A DNA stretch of 64,000 bases from a virus (Duplodnaviria; Caudoviricetes), in IMG/VR virus record IMGVR_UViG_2563367173_000002, positions 32,001 to 96,000 of that record. The stretch is one strand, 5' to 3'. This document shows positions 10,482 to 21,297 of this stretch, piece after piece; the first letter of the stretch is position 1; each line of letters opens with the position of its first letter. The position numbers and the translations under genes are program-made. The notes under the pieces are model-generated. The model saw only the letters and a list, made by a program, of their open reading frames with translations. It searched no databases and had not been told where the DNA came from.

Positions 10482-10886
10482 TCAATTCAGCAATGCAGCA
10501 ATTTCATCTAACTCCAGCTCAGTCTTCTTTTCATCAGATAACATCTTGTCCAATTTAGCTTCTAAAGCCTTCAGCTCTGCTTCTTTCCTCTTATACTCAA
10601 AAATTTCAATTTTACATTTGATATCCGTGATCCATTCCGCAATGTTATATCCTGAAATTTCTAAACTGGTTCCTAAATCTTTAGCTGACATTAAGTACAT
10701 ATTCAGCCTAACAAGTAATAACTGCAAATCATTAGACTGAAGGACATTTAAATTGAACTTTTGTCCTTCTAAATCTAAGACACAATTTGTAAGTGGCGTA
10801 AACTTCTTTGAACCATTTAACGCTGACTTCTTCTTATCGATAACCTGTTTTAGCTGTAAAACTCTTTCATCATTCTTTGTTGCCAT
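10482..10886 (-). CDS. hypothetical coiled-coil phage protein
   Basis: Start probably at MATKND, coupled to the upstream gene. Confidence 0.6.
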   Translation of the reverse strand: MATKNDERVLQLKQVIDKKKSALNGSKKFTPLTNCVLDLEGQKFNLNVLQSNDLQLLLVRLNMYLMSAKDLGTSLEISGYNIAEWITDIKCKIEIFEYKRKEAELKALEAKLDKMLSDEKKTELELDEIAALLN

Positions 10887-12045
10887 AATAGTTTTTCCTT
10901 CCTTTCTCATTTCCATTTTTTAAATATTCAATCTTGTAGCTTGGTTGCAATTTTTCATATAGCTGCTCTATCGTTAAAGGAATAAAATTATATTCATATT
11001 CTTGTGTTGACCAACTATATCTCTTAGGTTTTTCTATTACATTAAACTCAAACCGTTTTCTATAATCTGCTTTATTTTCACTTTCTCTCCTATTCCAGTG
11101 CCAAGAAATTTTACAACCATATAATCCATCTTTTTCTTTATATACATCATACTCAAAAGCATCATTGTTTATATTTGGATAATTATAATATTCTGTTTCG
11201 TCCTTGTTTAAGAAATCAATAAACTCATCTAATGTATATCGAATATACTTATCTTTAGATTCATCGTATGGAGAATAGTGTTCATCATGTTCTAATCTTT
11301 CAAAGAGATTTGCGTATTCAGGAGTACAGTTTTCTTCTATACACTTGATAAACTTATTACCAGATAAATTTTTATGTGCTACAAATCGCCACTCAAATTC
11401 ATTTCTATATATCTTTTCTCCACTCACATAATCATAATCGTGATATTTGTATGCAAACCAAAACATTTTACCATCTGCTATACCACCATAATCATAATGC
11501 TCAAATTTACCCATATAAATTTCTTCTTCATTACTTTTTGATAAATATGTAGCACCAACAGTTAAATTTCTTGCTTTTATACTTTCTTTGTTATGCACCA
11601 CTTTATTGTATTCTGAAATCTGTTTATAATCAGGAGACTCTACTGGCATAAAAACTAAATCTTTACCATCCCACCCATAAACAAATTCACCTTCAAGCCC
11701 TTTACCCTTGGTGGAATTTACATTTTCAAGAATGTACAACAAATTTTCAATAGTTATCTCAAATTCAAAATTACGTGGATCATATACTCTGCAATATGCT
11801 TGGCGGTGATCCCAACCTAAAGAATAATCTCCAACCTTTTTATTTAGCACAAAACCAGTTGTTGGTACATTATCAAATTCTTCATTTGGAATATCTTCAT
11901 TACGCCAACTATTCCAGGAAGTCTCTTTTCGTAGTTTGCCTTTTTCATCATAATAAATTATATAAGCTAACTTGCCTGTGTAAGTACCAGAACGATGTTG
12001 ATATCCTACATTGATTACTTTCGGGATAAATATATTACTTTTCAA
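10870..12045 (-). CDS. hypothetical phage protein
   Basis: 391-aa ORF, SD GAGGAG. Confidence 0.7.
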   Translation of the reverse strand: MKSNIFIPKVINVGYQHRSGTYTGKLAYIIYYDEKGKLRKETSWNSWRNEDIPNEEFDNVPTTGFVLNKKVGDYSLGWDHRQAYCRVYDPRNFEFEITIENLLYILENVNSTKGKGLEGEFVYGWDGKDLVFMPVESPDYKQISEYNKVVHNKESIKARNLTVGATYLSKSNEEEIYMGKFEHYDYGGIADGKMFWFAYKYHDYDYVSGEKIYRNEFEWRFVAHKNLSGNKFIKCIEENCTPEYANLFERLEHDEHYSPYDESKDKYIRYTLDEFIDFLNKDETEYYNYPNINNDAFEYDVYKEKDGLYGCKISWHWNRRESENKADYRKRFEFNVIEKPKRYSWSTQEYEYNFIPLTIEQLYEKLQPSYKIEYLKNGNEKGRKNYYGNKE

Positions 12046-12379
12046 ACGATTTCTCCTCTTTTCTTTGCATATCTATATTACATATCACTTTTCCCCATTC
12101 TTCTGCTAAACTACATAATGAAGATACACTATCTGTTTTACATTTTCTCAAGCTACAAAAATTTTCTTTAATTATTGTATATAACATAACTTTTTCATAT
12201 TTTGATAATAATTTCCCATTGAAAGTTTTATTGGTTCTGTTAGCCAAAACAATATTATCTTTTCCAATATGTATAATCAAATATTTATTCCAAAAATTAA
12301 ATATACCTTCATTTTCAAAATAGAAATCTTTACTTTCTTTATTCTTTTCTAAAACATAATAATTTAAAATATTATCCAT
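12035..12379 (-). CDS. hypothetical protein
   Basis: 114-aa ORF overlapping its neighbours. Confidence 0.55.
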   Translation of the reverse strand: MDNILNYYVLEKNKESKDFYFENEGIFNFWNKYLIIHIGKDNIVLANRTNKTFNGKLLSKYEKVMLYTIIKENFCSLRKCKTDSVSSLCSLAEEWGKVICNIDMQRKEEKSFEK

Positions 12380-12555
12380 CTCCTGTAATATACTAACCTA
12401 CAATATTTTTGATAATCTTCCCTTGTATATTCATATTTATTTGCCATATCCATACACACTTCATTTTCCCATGGATTACAGTCCTCATCTTCTAATGCTG
12501 AAAACCAGCTTCCTATTAAAAATTCAATATCATGCAAAATTTTTTGTTCAGTCAT
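12364..12555 (-). CDS. hypothetical protein
   Basis: Likely start MTEQ, downstream of a junction motif. Confidence 0.5.
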   Translation of the reverse strand: MTEQKILHDIEFLIGSWFSALEDEDCNPWENEVCMDMANKYEYTREDYQKYCRLVYYRRWIIF

Positions 12556-12599
12556 TCTATTACCTTTGATTTTTCTCATGAAAGAGTTGTTTTCTGGCA

Positions 12600-12848
12600 T
12601 CAATCTAATACTGGTTTACATGGATCTGACCATCTTTTATCTTTATGTTTTTCTATGAATTTTTCACACTCATCCCAATCTTTTATGTAACGAAAAAAGT
12701 ATTTTCCACAATCTTTACATTTTAATTCTATTTCTAAAAAACGGATATCATTATCGTTATATCCGTGAGTCCAATGCCAGCAAACCACCTCACTATTTTT
12801 ATGTCTGCAAAACAAATCCATAATCCTTTTAATCATTTTCTTCTCCAT
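12600..12848 (-). CDS. small zinc-finger-like phage protein
   Basis: FCRH...CKDCGK. Confidence 0.55.
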   Translation of the reverse strand: MEKKMIKRIMDLFCRHKNSEVVCWHWTHGYNDNDIRFLEIELKCKDCGKYFFRYIKDWDECEKFIEKHKDKRWSDPCKPVLD

Positions 12849-13210
12849 TCCTCACACTGAAATCCGTTCTGATTTAACCACTCAGCTACCAAATATCTGT
12901 GACAAAAATCTGATGGTTTCTCATAACAAATCAGCGCAATGTCTTTGCCATTTACATTCGGAACTAAATAATTTAATTCCTTAATTACAGTGGTAGCATC
13001 TAAAACATCCAGAACCTCAACTTTAAAACGCTCTATATAATAGTCATTATCATGATTCTTTTTCCATTCCATGAAGAATCCATACTTTGGAGCCAACTTT
13101 TTATACTGTAACCCCTTATACCAATCAGGTGTTTTACCACATATTGAGATTGGTATAATGTTATGCTTTTCTAATTCTTTTAGTTTTGCGAAATAACTTG
13201 TGTATATCAT
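12833..13210 (-). CDS. DUF488 family protein
   Basis: IYTSYF...LAP...LICYEKPSDFCHR. Confidence 0.75.
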   Translation of the reverse strand: MIYTSYFAKLKELEKHNIIPISICGKTPDWYKGLQYKKLAPKYGFFMEWKKNHDNDYYIERFKVEVLDVLDATTVIKELNYLVPNVNGKDIALICYEKPSDFCHRYLVAEWLNQNGFQCEEWRRK

Positions 13211-13431
13211 TCATCTACCTCGCTCATATATTTCTCTATTTTTTCTTTACACTTTCTACAATAATGACGTTCTTTACCAAAAATTTTACTCATATTTTCA
13301 TGAACATTTTGAACCGCTGTATCAGCATATACCCGTCCATCATTAGTTGGATTTATATCGTGAGCAAAAATATTTATTGTATAAATAATAAGAAGCACCA
13401 CAAGAATTTGCTTTTTCTCCACATCTATCAC
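13207..13431 (-). CDS. hypothetical protein
   Basis: Short ORF; 5' end looks disrupted. Confidence 0.4.
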   Translation of the reverse strand: MIDVEKKQILVVLLIIYTINIFAHDINPTNDGRVYADTAVQNVHENMSKIFGKERHYCRKCKEKIEKYMSEVDE

Positions 13432-13485
13432 AAATAACTATATTTTGAATCATATTTTTTTACTCCTTTGAAATGAAAATTCTAT

Positions 13486-14253
13486 TTACAAAATAATGCT
13501 ATTCCATTTCTTGTTCTTTTCATATTTCCACTGAATGTTTCCTAAACTAATTCTCACTTCAATATCTTCTACATTTTTCATAGAAAGTAACCATTCACGA
13601 TACGCATTAACCTCTTCATCTGTGGCATCCTGAAACGCTTTCCAGTGATCAAGAGTTTTATCAATCTCCTCTACTGCCCATTCATAATCAGATAATGCAG
13701 CTTGTCTCCTAAATTCTGTAAGATACTCTTCTACTTCAGCTTTTGCCTCTTGATATGTAAAATAAACTTTATCTGGTCTGATACTCACATGAGTTATATG
13801 ATGTTGCCACATAGGATATTTCTTGATAATACGAAACCCTTCTTTAGTAATATCTGTTTCAATATGTCCATGAAAAATCTTATCTGATTTAACAAGCAAT
13901 CCCGCTTCATATGCTTTCTTGATCGACTCAGAATCGTCTATCTGTACACATAATTCATTAAATAATTTTTCATCTTCAGGATCGGTTCTCCATTCCAAAT
14001 CAAATAATTTTGTATTATATGTCCAGCCTTTAGGAAGTTTTCTATATTTTTGATTATCCTTAAATTCATCAATTGGAACTCCATCTATATATCTTGTTTC
14101 TTTTGGTTCCAATAAATCTATACATACAGCGTCAGAAAATTGTTCGTCTACTCTGCCATATTTCACACTATATTCATTTCCGCTTTTGTTACACCAATAA
14201 ACAATATCTCCATACTTAAATCTTTTTTCAAAACCTTTTTGAATGCTTATCAC
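13486..14253 (-). CDS. hypothetical phage protein
   Basis: 255-aa ORF bracketed by junction motifs. Confidence 0.7.
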   Translation of the reverse strand: MISIQKGFEKRFKYGDIVYWCNKSGNEYSVKYGRVDEQFSDAVCIDLLEPKETRYIDGVPIDEFKDNQKYRKLPKGWTYNTKLFDLEWRTDPEDEKLFNELCVQIDDSESIKKAYEAGLLVKSDKIFHGHIETDITKEGFRIIKKYPMWQHHITHVSIRPDKVYFTYQEAKAEVEEYLTEFRRQAALSDYEWAVEEIDKTLDHWKAFQDATDEEVNAYREWLLSMKNVEDIEVRISLGNIQWKYEKNKKWNSIIL

Positions 14254-14275
14254 CTCCTGCCATGAAACCGATGAT

Positions 14276-15763
14276 TCAAGTCTTATTTTTCAATCCCATT
14301 TCAAGATATAATTCATCAACCGCATTACCCTTTCGCTTTAAACAGTTATAAATCTTTTCATCAATGGTGTTTTTGCCTTGTAAAATAATATAAGTACATT
14401 TATTATCCTGACCTATTCTATGTATTCTATCTTGACTCTGGCGATATTCCTCATAACTAAAATTCAAAGAATAATAAATGTTATAGGTACAATTTACAAA
14501 TGTTAAACCTTTTCCAAGCAACTTAGGGTGTGTAAATAACAATTTAATCTCATTATTTTTAAACTGACGAATTATCGAATCTCTATCTTTCGTCTGTGAT
14601 GTAAGTGCTACACCATTATATTTCTCTGCAAGTCTATTGATTTCATGCTGAAACTGACACCATATTATTATAGGTTTATCTCCTATTTCTTCAAATGCAG
14701 CATCTAATAGTTTATCTTTATTTGTATCAAAATCTATAATAGAACCATCTTTATTGATAACAAATCCACTTACTATTTCCCTTAATTTCATCAGCTTTGC
14801 AGTAAATTCAAACTTAGACCACTCATTTATGTTGTCCTGTATATCACGAATCATATCATCATAATATTTCTTCTGTTCTTTACCTAGTTCAAATCGCTTT
14901 ACTTCAAATACTTTTGGAGGAAGGTCAACACAATCCTCTTTCTTTAAAAACACAGATTTTTCTCTAAGTCTGTTAAAATACGCTTCTTTATCTTCTTCTG
15001 TTTGATACCATCTATGTGGATTTGCCATATCTTGATGAAAATATCTTGCTTGAAAACCGTAAAAATTATTACCAAACACTTCTGGATCAACAAATTTCAT
15101 CTGTGGGAAAATTTCTGAATTATGATTGGGTGTTGGTGTGCCTGATAATGCAAACCTATGAGGAATAATATCTATCATTTGTAGTAATTCATTTGTAATT
15201 TGACTCGTCATATTCTTCATTACTTGACTTTCATCAATTATCATACAATCAAAATTCATTTTCAAAATATCATTTTTGAGAATCTTAAAACTCTCATAAT
15301 TCATAACATAAATATCAGAATTACTATTTAAAAATGTCATTCGTTCTTTCTTACTACTTCCCCAACAATTCACAATGTTTAATTTAGGGTAAAATTCATT
15401 ACAATCGTCAATCCATGCTGTTTCGATTACAGATAAAGGACACAAAATTAAAGTCTTTTCATAATGCTTTGCAAGTTCCAAACCCATAATTGTCTTTCCT
15501 GTGCCTGTATCGGCAAAAATGCCATAACAGCCTTCATTTAAAGCAATGTTTACGATTTTCTTTTGATATTCTCTAAGATGAGGAGAAAGTTCAAATTGAA
15601 CAATCTCCTTTTCTTTTACTTCAATTTCTGAATCTATAAGACCATACTCTTGTAACTTCTTAACTGCTGAGTCTGGAAATTCCCATTTACCATTTTTAAA
15701 CTTTCTTCCCTCAATGGTTCTTATGTATGGTATCTTCTCTACTGGAATCTCTAAAGACACCAT
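14276..15763 (-). CDS. SNF2-family DEAD/H helicase
   Basis: DTGTGKT, DESQ, SGTP, QSQDRIHRIGQ. Confidence 0.92.
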   Translation of the reverse strand: MVSLEIPVEKIPYIRTIEGRKFKNGKWEFPDSAVKKLQEYGLIDSEIEVKEKEIVQFELSPHLREYQKKIVNIALNEGCYGIFADTGTGKTIMGLELAKHYEKTLILCPLSVIETAWIDDCNEFYPKLNIVNCWGSSKKERMTFLNSNSDIYVMNYESFKILKNDILKMNFDCMIIDESQVMKNMTSQITNELLQMIDIIPHRFALSGTPTPNHNSEIFPQMKFVDPEVFGNNFYGFQARYFHQDMANPHRWYQTEEDKEAYFNRLREKSVFLKKEDCVDLPPKVFEVKRFELGKEQKKYYDDMIRDIQDNINEWSKFEFTAKLMKLREIVSGFVINKDGSIIDFDTNKDKLLDAAFEEIGDKPIIIWCQFQHEINRLAEKYNGVALTSQTKDRDSIIRQFKNNEIKLLFTHPKLLGKGLTFVNCTYNIYYSLNFSYEEYRQSQDRIHRIGQDNKCTYIILQGKNTIDEKIYNCLKRKGNAVDELYLEMGLKNKT

Positions 15764-15766
15764 TTA

Positions 15767-16786
15767 TTATTTTTCTCCTCCTGTAGACTTTTCTTTAATT
15801 TCCTTAATTTCTTTTACTTTTAATCCCAATGCTTTAAGTTGATTTTCCAATTCTTTAATCTCGGCACGAATATCCTTTTTCTTTTGAGTCAATTCTTTCT
15901 GTTCTGCCTTTTCTGCTTTAGCATTAGCACTCTGCTCTTTACCAGCAAGCAATTCTGCTTCAAATCGTTCCTTCATTTTCTCTACAGAATCATCAGATTC
16001 AAATATGGAATTATCCCAGAGGTTAAATCTCTTTTCATTCCCTAAATCATAAAACTCTTTATTGAGTTCAATTCCTACTGCATTTCTACCACATTCAATA
16101 GCAACCTTATTAACTGTTCCTGCTCCCCCAAAAGGATCACACACTGTATCACCTGGACAAGACCATAATTTTACGCACCGTTTCACCAATTCTTCAGCAA
16201 ATGGAGTAGTATGTCCTATGCCAGAATTACTAATATTCCATACACCATCTGCCCAATCAGCCCACTCTTCTAATGTAATATCTGATGCCTTAATCAATTC
16301 ACAATTGCCAGACTTCTTATATACATACACAAATCCTACATTGGCAGCTAAAATCGTGTCTCTTGCCTTCATATTACGATAATATAAATTACCCTGCGCA
16401 AGCATGGCTCTCTGTGCTGAATACTTACGCCAAAATGCTTTTGTCCATAGTGAAAAATTGTTATCAAGGAAAATCTTGTTAATATCTCCTGTCAAACTTT
16501 CCTGTCCCATTTTGTTATCTCTACCAACAGTGTAATTGTAATCTTCAAACTGCATAACAAACTTTCCACCTGGCTTCAGAACCCGCTCACATTCTGTGAT
16601 TACAAGTCCCAACAAATAATAGTATTCTTCATAACTTTCACAGTTGGATAGATCAGACGGGTCATTGCTATAAACCCTAAGATTGTGATATGGGGGTGAG
16701 GTTATAATAAGATCAATGCTTTCAGCATCCATTTTCTTCAGTTCTTTAAGACAGTCTCCGTTAATCCATTCATTTTTTAATTTCAA
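15767..16786 (-). CDS. site-specific DNA methyltransferase, beta class (N4-C/N6-A)
   Basis: GDCL, TSPPY, DPFGGAGT, GIELN. Confidence 0.9.
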   Translation of the reverse strand: MKLKNEWINGDCLKELKKMDAESIDLIITSPPYHNLRVYSNDPSDLSNCESYEEYYYLLGLVITECERVLKPGGKFVMQFEDYNYTVGRDNKMGQESLTGDINKIFLDNNFSLWTKAFWRKYSAQRAMLAQGNLYYRNMKARDTILAANVGFVYVYKKSGNCELIKASDITLEEWADWADGVWNISNSGIGHTTPFAEELVKRCVKLWSCPGDTVCDPFGGAGTVNKVAIECGRNAVGIELNKEFYDLGNEKRFNLWDNSIFESDDSVEKMKERFEAELLAGKEQSANAKAEKAEQKELTQKKKDIRAEIKELENQLKALGLKVKEIKEIKEKSTGGEK

Positions 16787-16810
16787 TATGTATATCTCCT
16801 TTACTTTTTA

Positions 16811-16925
16811 TTGAGATTAACTTCGACTTGTGATATAATCAGATAGTCAAAGTTAATCATTTGACAGTTTTTAATCTCATGCTACTGGTTGTCTCGCCAA
16901 AGTCAGACCAGTAGCATTTTTATAT
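16811..16925 (+). ncRNA. putative small RNA (about 75 nt) with promoter and CGCCAA-loop terminator hairpin
   Basis: TTGAGA-17-TATAAT with TG extension; ATGCTACTGGT...ACCAGTAGCAT plus T tract; no ORF. Confidence 0.55.
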
Positions 16926-16962
16926 AATCATCTTTCGACGTTACTAACTACTATTTCTACTT

Positions 16963-18090
16963 TTAATAATCCAATGAATCGAAATTTTCATTTCCATATT
17001 TACTTACTTCTATTTTCTTTTCGTTCATCTCTTTGCAAAATTCTTTGTATTTTTTTGTATACTCATAACTATCGCCAAAGATGTTATTCACGGCTATAAA
17101 TAATTTTGGTTCATATTCCTTTGTTATTTTCAATTCATACTCAAAATCTCTCCCATATGGGCAACAACAGCATCCAGTACGTTTTAATCCATATTCCGTG
17201 TAACATAAACTATGTGTAATCTCATAATGTTTATCATATTCTTCTTTATCAGAATTCTTATACCAGAATAAAGGTCTGTAATTGTCATAAGTATTCTTCT
17301 TGCTTTTACCATTTTCATCAAAGCAACTTTTATACGCCGAAGATCTGGCACCACCTTCTGATTTTCTAATCCCAACTATATTTAAATCATATTCAAAATC
17401 AGATAATAATTTATGGGCTACATCCTTTTTAGCATACTTACAACATGTATTAGAAATTTTAAATTCTGGAGGATTTTCTATAATAAATTCTTTCAACCAC
17501 TTATTATATGAAATGTTAAATTTACTACCTTTCTTATACTTATTGCACCACCACAATAAAGCTGAAACACATCCTCTGTAATATTTCCCTTTATATTCCT
17601 TTACACCGTTCTTAAATTTCCCATTCTTAAAAGCATTCTCATTTGATATTTCAATACAGTACTTTTTAATTAATAAGTCAAAATCTTCACTTTCCCATTT
17701 GAAATTATATTTTTGGAGTCTTTGCATGAATTCACTGACTTGTTTTGAAAGAAATGGTTGTCCATATTGTTTACATGTTAATGGAATAGATTTTATAGCT
17801 TTGTATGGCATAATATTAATACCATATTTTTCTTCTAAATATTTCAAATGATTTTTTGTTGCTTGATATTCTAAACCAGTATCAAACCACACATATTCAA
17901 TTTTATTATCTTTATCACATTTCGTACAAATATCTAACATCACATCACTATCAGATCCTCCAGATATTGAACATACTATTTTTTCATATTTACTATTATT
18001 AATCCTTGACCATGCTCTTATTAAGTTGTCTCCAATAGTTTGATTTTGAGGACAGTTCTCTAACAGTCCTGTTAAAGTTTTTTCACCCAA
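16963..18090 (-). CDS. PAPS reductase family (PP-loop) protein
   Basis: SISGGSDSD, DTGLE, CC, GIRKSEGGAR, RTGCCCCP. Confidence 0.85.
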   Translation of the reverse strand: MGEKTLTGLLENCPQNQTIGDNLIRAWSRINNSKYEKIVCSISGGSDSDVMLDICTKCDKDNKIEYVWFDTGLEYQATKNHLKYLEEKYGINIMPYKAIKSIPLTCKQYGQPFLSKQVSEFMQRLQKYNFKWESEDFDLLIKKYCIEISNENAFKNGKFKNGVKEYKGKYYRGCVSALLWWCNKYKKGSKFNISYNKWLKEFIIENPPEFKISNTCCKYAKKDVAHKLLSDFEYDLNIVGIRKSEGGARSSAYKSCFDENGKSKKNTYDNYRPLFWYKNSDKEEYDKHYEITHSLCYTEYGLKRTGCCCCPYGRDFEYELKITKEYEPKLFIAVNNIFGDSYEYTKKYKEFCKEMNEKKIEVSKYGNENFDSLDY

Positions 18091-18290
18091 TATGTATCTT
18101 TCCTCACGTAATTTAATCTACGTTTACGTGAGGTAAAGCCATACTTTATTCACGAATTATATTCGTATTCGTGGGTGTCTTTTTACATCACTACCACATA
18201 ACTTTTTCGATTATTTATTATCAACGTGCCACAATAAATAATCTTGTGACAACCTTTATCATCTAAAGGTTATAAATACTTTGGGTGATG
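18091..18290 (-). promoter_or_regulatory. structured 5' leader with four hairpins, the last covering the SD
   Basis: Stems such as CCTCACGTAA/TTACGTGAGG, CACGAAT/ATTCGTG, GATTATTTATT/AATAAATAATC, AACCTTTA/TAAAGGTT. Confidence 0.55.
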
Positions 18291-18292
18291 GT

Positions 18293-18649
18293 TTAACCAA
18301 TCTGTAGTACAGCATCTCCTACAAATTCTACATTAAGAACTTTTATATTTTGGATAGATTCTTCGTATTCTGATTCATAATCCCTGGCAAACATATCTGC
18401 CCACATATCATCATATTCTTGTTCACTAACATTGTTTAGGACCATGTATTTTTCAGATTCTTTGTAATTTCCATTTTTCGTCTCATATCCTACAAAAACT
18501 TTATAAACTGGCAATTCCAATTTTGATTTGATAAAGTTCCTTGGATGAATATTCATCAACTTTTTCTTTAAACTATCATCAAAAATCTCAAACACATCAA
18601 TTCCTGTCCTTATTACACACCATTCAAAAAATTTACTTGGATGTAGCAC
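18293..18649 (-). CDS. hypothetical phage protein
   Basis: 118-aa ORF, SD GGAGGTG. Confidence 0.6.
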   Translation of the reverse strand: MLHPSKFFEWCVIRTGIDVFEIFDDSLKKKLMNIHPRNFIKSKLELPVYKVFVGYETKNGNYKESEKYMVLNNVSEQEYDDMWADMFARDYESEYEESIQNIKVLNVEFVGDAVLQIG

Positions 18650-18676
18650 TACTTTTCACCTCCCCCTCTTCATATT

Positions 18677-19591
18677 TCATTTTGAAATTGGCTTTTCCTT
18701 CTTAAATACTATTTCTTTTACACATTCCATGATTCTATTCTTGCCTATATTAAAAATCTCTTCATTATTCTCAATACAGATACATTTCCTACCTGTATTA
18801 ATAACAGCTACTCCAGTTGTCATACTGCCAGCAGTTGAATCAAGCACAGTATCACTCTCATTAGTATAAGTTTTAATAATTTCTTCTACTAACGCTACTG
18901 GCTTTTGAGTTGGAGTTAATGCACACTTTTGGGTATCCTTGGCGAATAGCCAAACTGATTTAGGAAATCTCTCTGTACTGTCATATGTATGATTTTTGAT
19001 TTCGTTGTAATTTGTTGACTGTTTACTATTTCTCTTATGTGATGCTGTACTAACTTTTCTGATATGCCCACTTGTCTTCTGCGGATTATATGTTGGCTGC
19101 TTCTTATAAAAAACGCACATATCCTCATGATTTCTCATTGGCATCCGATTAGCATTTTGAAATCCTGTAGGCTGAGTCTTCTCCCAAACGAGATTATACT
19201 TCCACATTTCTCGGTTACTTTCCATAAGATCAGCAGTAAACATACCGTTTGCAAATAAAATTATCGCTCCATTATCTTTGATAATTCTTTTATACTGAGT
19301 CCATAACCCTGTAGATTTATTTTCTTCAAAGTATATAAGTGCGCCGTTATAATCTGCTTCTCCTTGTTGATAACACCACAGAAGAAAATCATCTCTATAA
19401 AATATTCTTGGTTTTTTTCTAACTTCTATAGTTATGTAGTCATTAAATGGAATTACTATATCCCAAGAATTCCTGGCGGTCTGCCCGAAAGGGAGATCCG
19501 TAATAATTGCATCTATGGATTTATCAGGAATATTATTCATCAATTCCAGACAATCACCTTGCCATAATTCATAATTACTATTTTCAAATAT
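18677..19591 (-). CDS. site-specific DNA methyltransferase, beta class (likely N6-A); probable non-AUG start
   Basis: LWQGDCLELM lies upstream of the track start; TDLPFG, PTQKP, DSTAGSMTT. Confidence 0.85.
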   Translation of the reverse strand: MFENSNYELWQGDCLELMNNIPDKSIDAIITDLPFGQTARNSWDIVIPFNDYITIEVRKKPRIFYRDDFLLWCYQQGEADYNGALIYFEENKSTGLWTQYKRIIKDNGAIILFANGMFTADLMESNREMWKYNLVWEKTQPTGFQNANRMPMRNHEDMCVFYKKQPTYNPQKTSGHIRKVSTASHKRNSKQSTNYNEIKNHTYDSTERFPKSVWLFAKDTQKCALTPTQKPVALVEEIIKTYTNESDTVLDSTAGSMTTGVAVINTGRKCICIENNEEIFNIGKNRIMECVKEIVFKKEKPISK

Positions 19592-19658
19592 TTTTCTTTT
19601 CCCAGAAAGGCATGAACATCTTACGGCTGCAGCACCTTTGTCCTTTCTGTATTATTTT

Positions 19659-19829
19659 TTATTCAATTTGATATTTGAAAGATAATGGACATCCACTATC
19701 TATATCTCCACCAAGGCACTCACCTTCACATAAACCACATTCATACTCTGGATACCCAGTGTCATGTTCATAGTAACTCTGTTCACAATATTCGCATTCT
19801 TCCCAATTCTGCTCATAAATATCTTCCAT
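19659..19829 (-). CDS. small Cys-rich protein (56 aa)
   Basis: Not in track; MEDIYEQNWEECEYCEQSYYEHDTGYPEYECGLCEGECLGG... Confidence 0.6.
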   Translation of the reverse strand: MEDIYEQNWEECEYCEQSYYEHDTGYPEYECGLCEGECLGGDIDSGCPLSFKYQIE

Positions 19830-19832
19830 AAG

Positions 19833-20423
19833 CTACGCCCTTTTATCTGCAATACATTTAATCTGATTCTCAATCTGTCGATACGTATCATTTGCAGTTA
19901 AAATACTTAATACAGCACTGGAAAGCATATTCTTTGTTGAAGAATCAAAGGTGTCCTTCATAGTTTTATTAATATCTTTCCTAATACCATCCATAAATTT
20001 GTCCAAATCAGCTTTAATCAAATCATCTACATTAAATGATCTATTAATATATTCTTCAAAAGATACTTGCTCAAAATCATCAGAATATGAAGAAGTTCTG
20101 CCTTTTTTCTTTGCTTTCAAAGTTTTAGACTCCAGACGATCTTTTAATTCCTTTTTAATATACTGCTCTACTGTATATTCTTTTTGCTCCTCATCATCCC
20201 AATAGCTATTACCACCAACCTTGATTACAGTATTTTTAATATACTCATCTACAAATTTCTGAAAGTTTGATGATACTGCATTATTTATTTCTTTCTTTGC
20301 CAACTCTTCAATTGTCTTATTTACGCTCTTTTTTACTTGCTCTTTAATAATTGTTTCAATATTATTTTCTGTAGTCTCTTTTACCAAAGATTCTAAATTT
20401 TCTAAATCAATTGTTACTTTCAA
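19833..20423 (-). CDS. hypothetical phage protein
   Basis: 196-aa ORF, SD AAGGAGG. Confidence 0.7.
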   Translation of the reverse strand: MKVTIDLENLESLVKETTENNIETIIKEQVKKSVNKTIEELAKKEINNAVSSNFQKFVDEYIKNTVIKVGGNSYWDDEEQKEYTVEQYIKKELKDRLESKTLKAKKKGRTSSYSDDFEQVSFEEYINRSFNVDDLIKADLDKFMDGIRKDINKTMKDTFDSSTKNMLSSAVLSILTANDTYRQIENQIKCIADKRA

Positions 20424-20456
20424 AATATTCCTCCTTAAATTTTGCTTTGAAACAGA

Positions 20457-21179
20457 TTATTTATTGTCTAGCCAATCTTTATATTGTCGAATAAGTTCTG
20501 TATACAATTCTTCGTCATTCATGTTCTCCATATCTTTAACTGAAATGAATCCAGTATTATCACACTTTCTACCTGGCATGTTATCTAAAGAACGTAGATA
20601 AGTAAATGATTCATTTCCAATTCCAACAAATTGAACAAACATATTATATTCAGATAATTCTCTTATAATTTTATCTGTTTCACTCTGATCTGAATTCGCT
20701 CCATCTGTAATAAAAATTATAAATGCAGGTATATCATTTAAACTAGTTTTGTTATAATATTTGACTATATCTCTCAATACTGGCGCATATTCTGTTCCTC
20801 CCATACACATGCCAGATTTGACCATAATATTTTTAACATAATCTTCATAATTATTAGTAGTTACTGATTTTAGTTTCTTTTTTTCGTTAGAAAACAACCA
20901 TGATTCTAATTCACCATTATCATCAAACCGTAAAGCAATTGGAAGCAGTCTTGTAATAGTTCTTTGTATAGCCCCACTACAAAATAGTTTATCCATACTT
21001 CCAGAATAATCCATAGCAAGTGCTACTTTCGCGATATGCTTGGATAAATTTACTTTACCTTCTTTTGATAAATTCACCAAAACCTTATCTAAATTATCTT
21101 TTGATTTTGACAAATTGATTATTACACTCTTTTGAGCATTGTCAACTTCCTTGTTGAAAAACTTTCCTAATAATCCCAT
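20457..21179 (-). CDS. vWA domain protein (TerF-associated type)
   Basis: MIDAS DYSGSM, GGTEYA, FITDG, FVQFVGIG, LDNM; start probably MGLLGKFF. Confidence 0.8.
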   Translation of the reverse strand: MGLLGKFFNKEVDNAQKSVIINLSKSKDNLDKVLVNLSKEGKVNLSKHIAKVALAMDYSGSMDKLFCSGAIQRTITRLLPIALRFDDNGELESWLFSNEKKKLKSVTTNNYEDYVKNIMVKSGMCMGGTEYAPVLRDIVKYYNKTSLNDIPAFIIFITDGANSDQSETDKIIRELSEYNMFVQFVGIGNESFTYLRSLDNMPGRKCDNTGFISVKDMENMNDEELYTELIRQYKDWLDNK

Positions 21180-21297
21180 AATAAGAATCCTTTCTGATGT
21201 ATTTATTTTATAATATCTATAATAATAAAGTGCCAAATTTAATAAGGTCTGACACAATGACCTCTAAAAATAGCTTTAAAATCTCGATTTCATGTCT

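Noticed and set aside
19700-19891. 63-aa minus-strand track ORF
   Set aside because: The overlapping frame 19659..19829 gives a properly spaced Cys-rich protein
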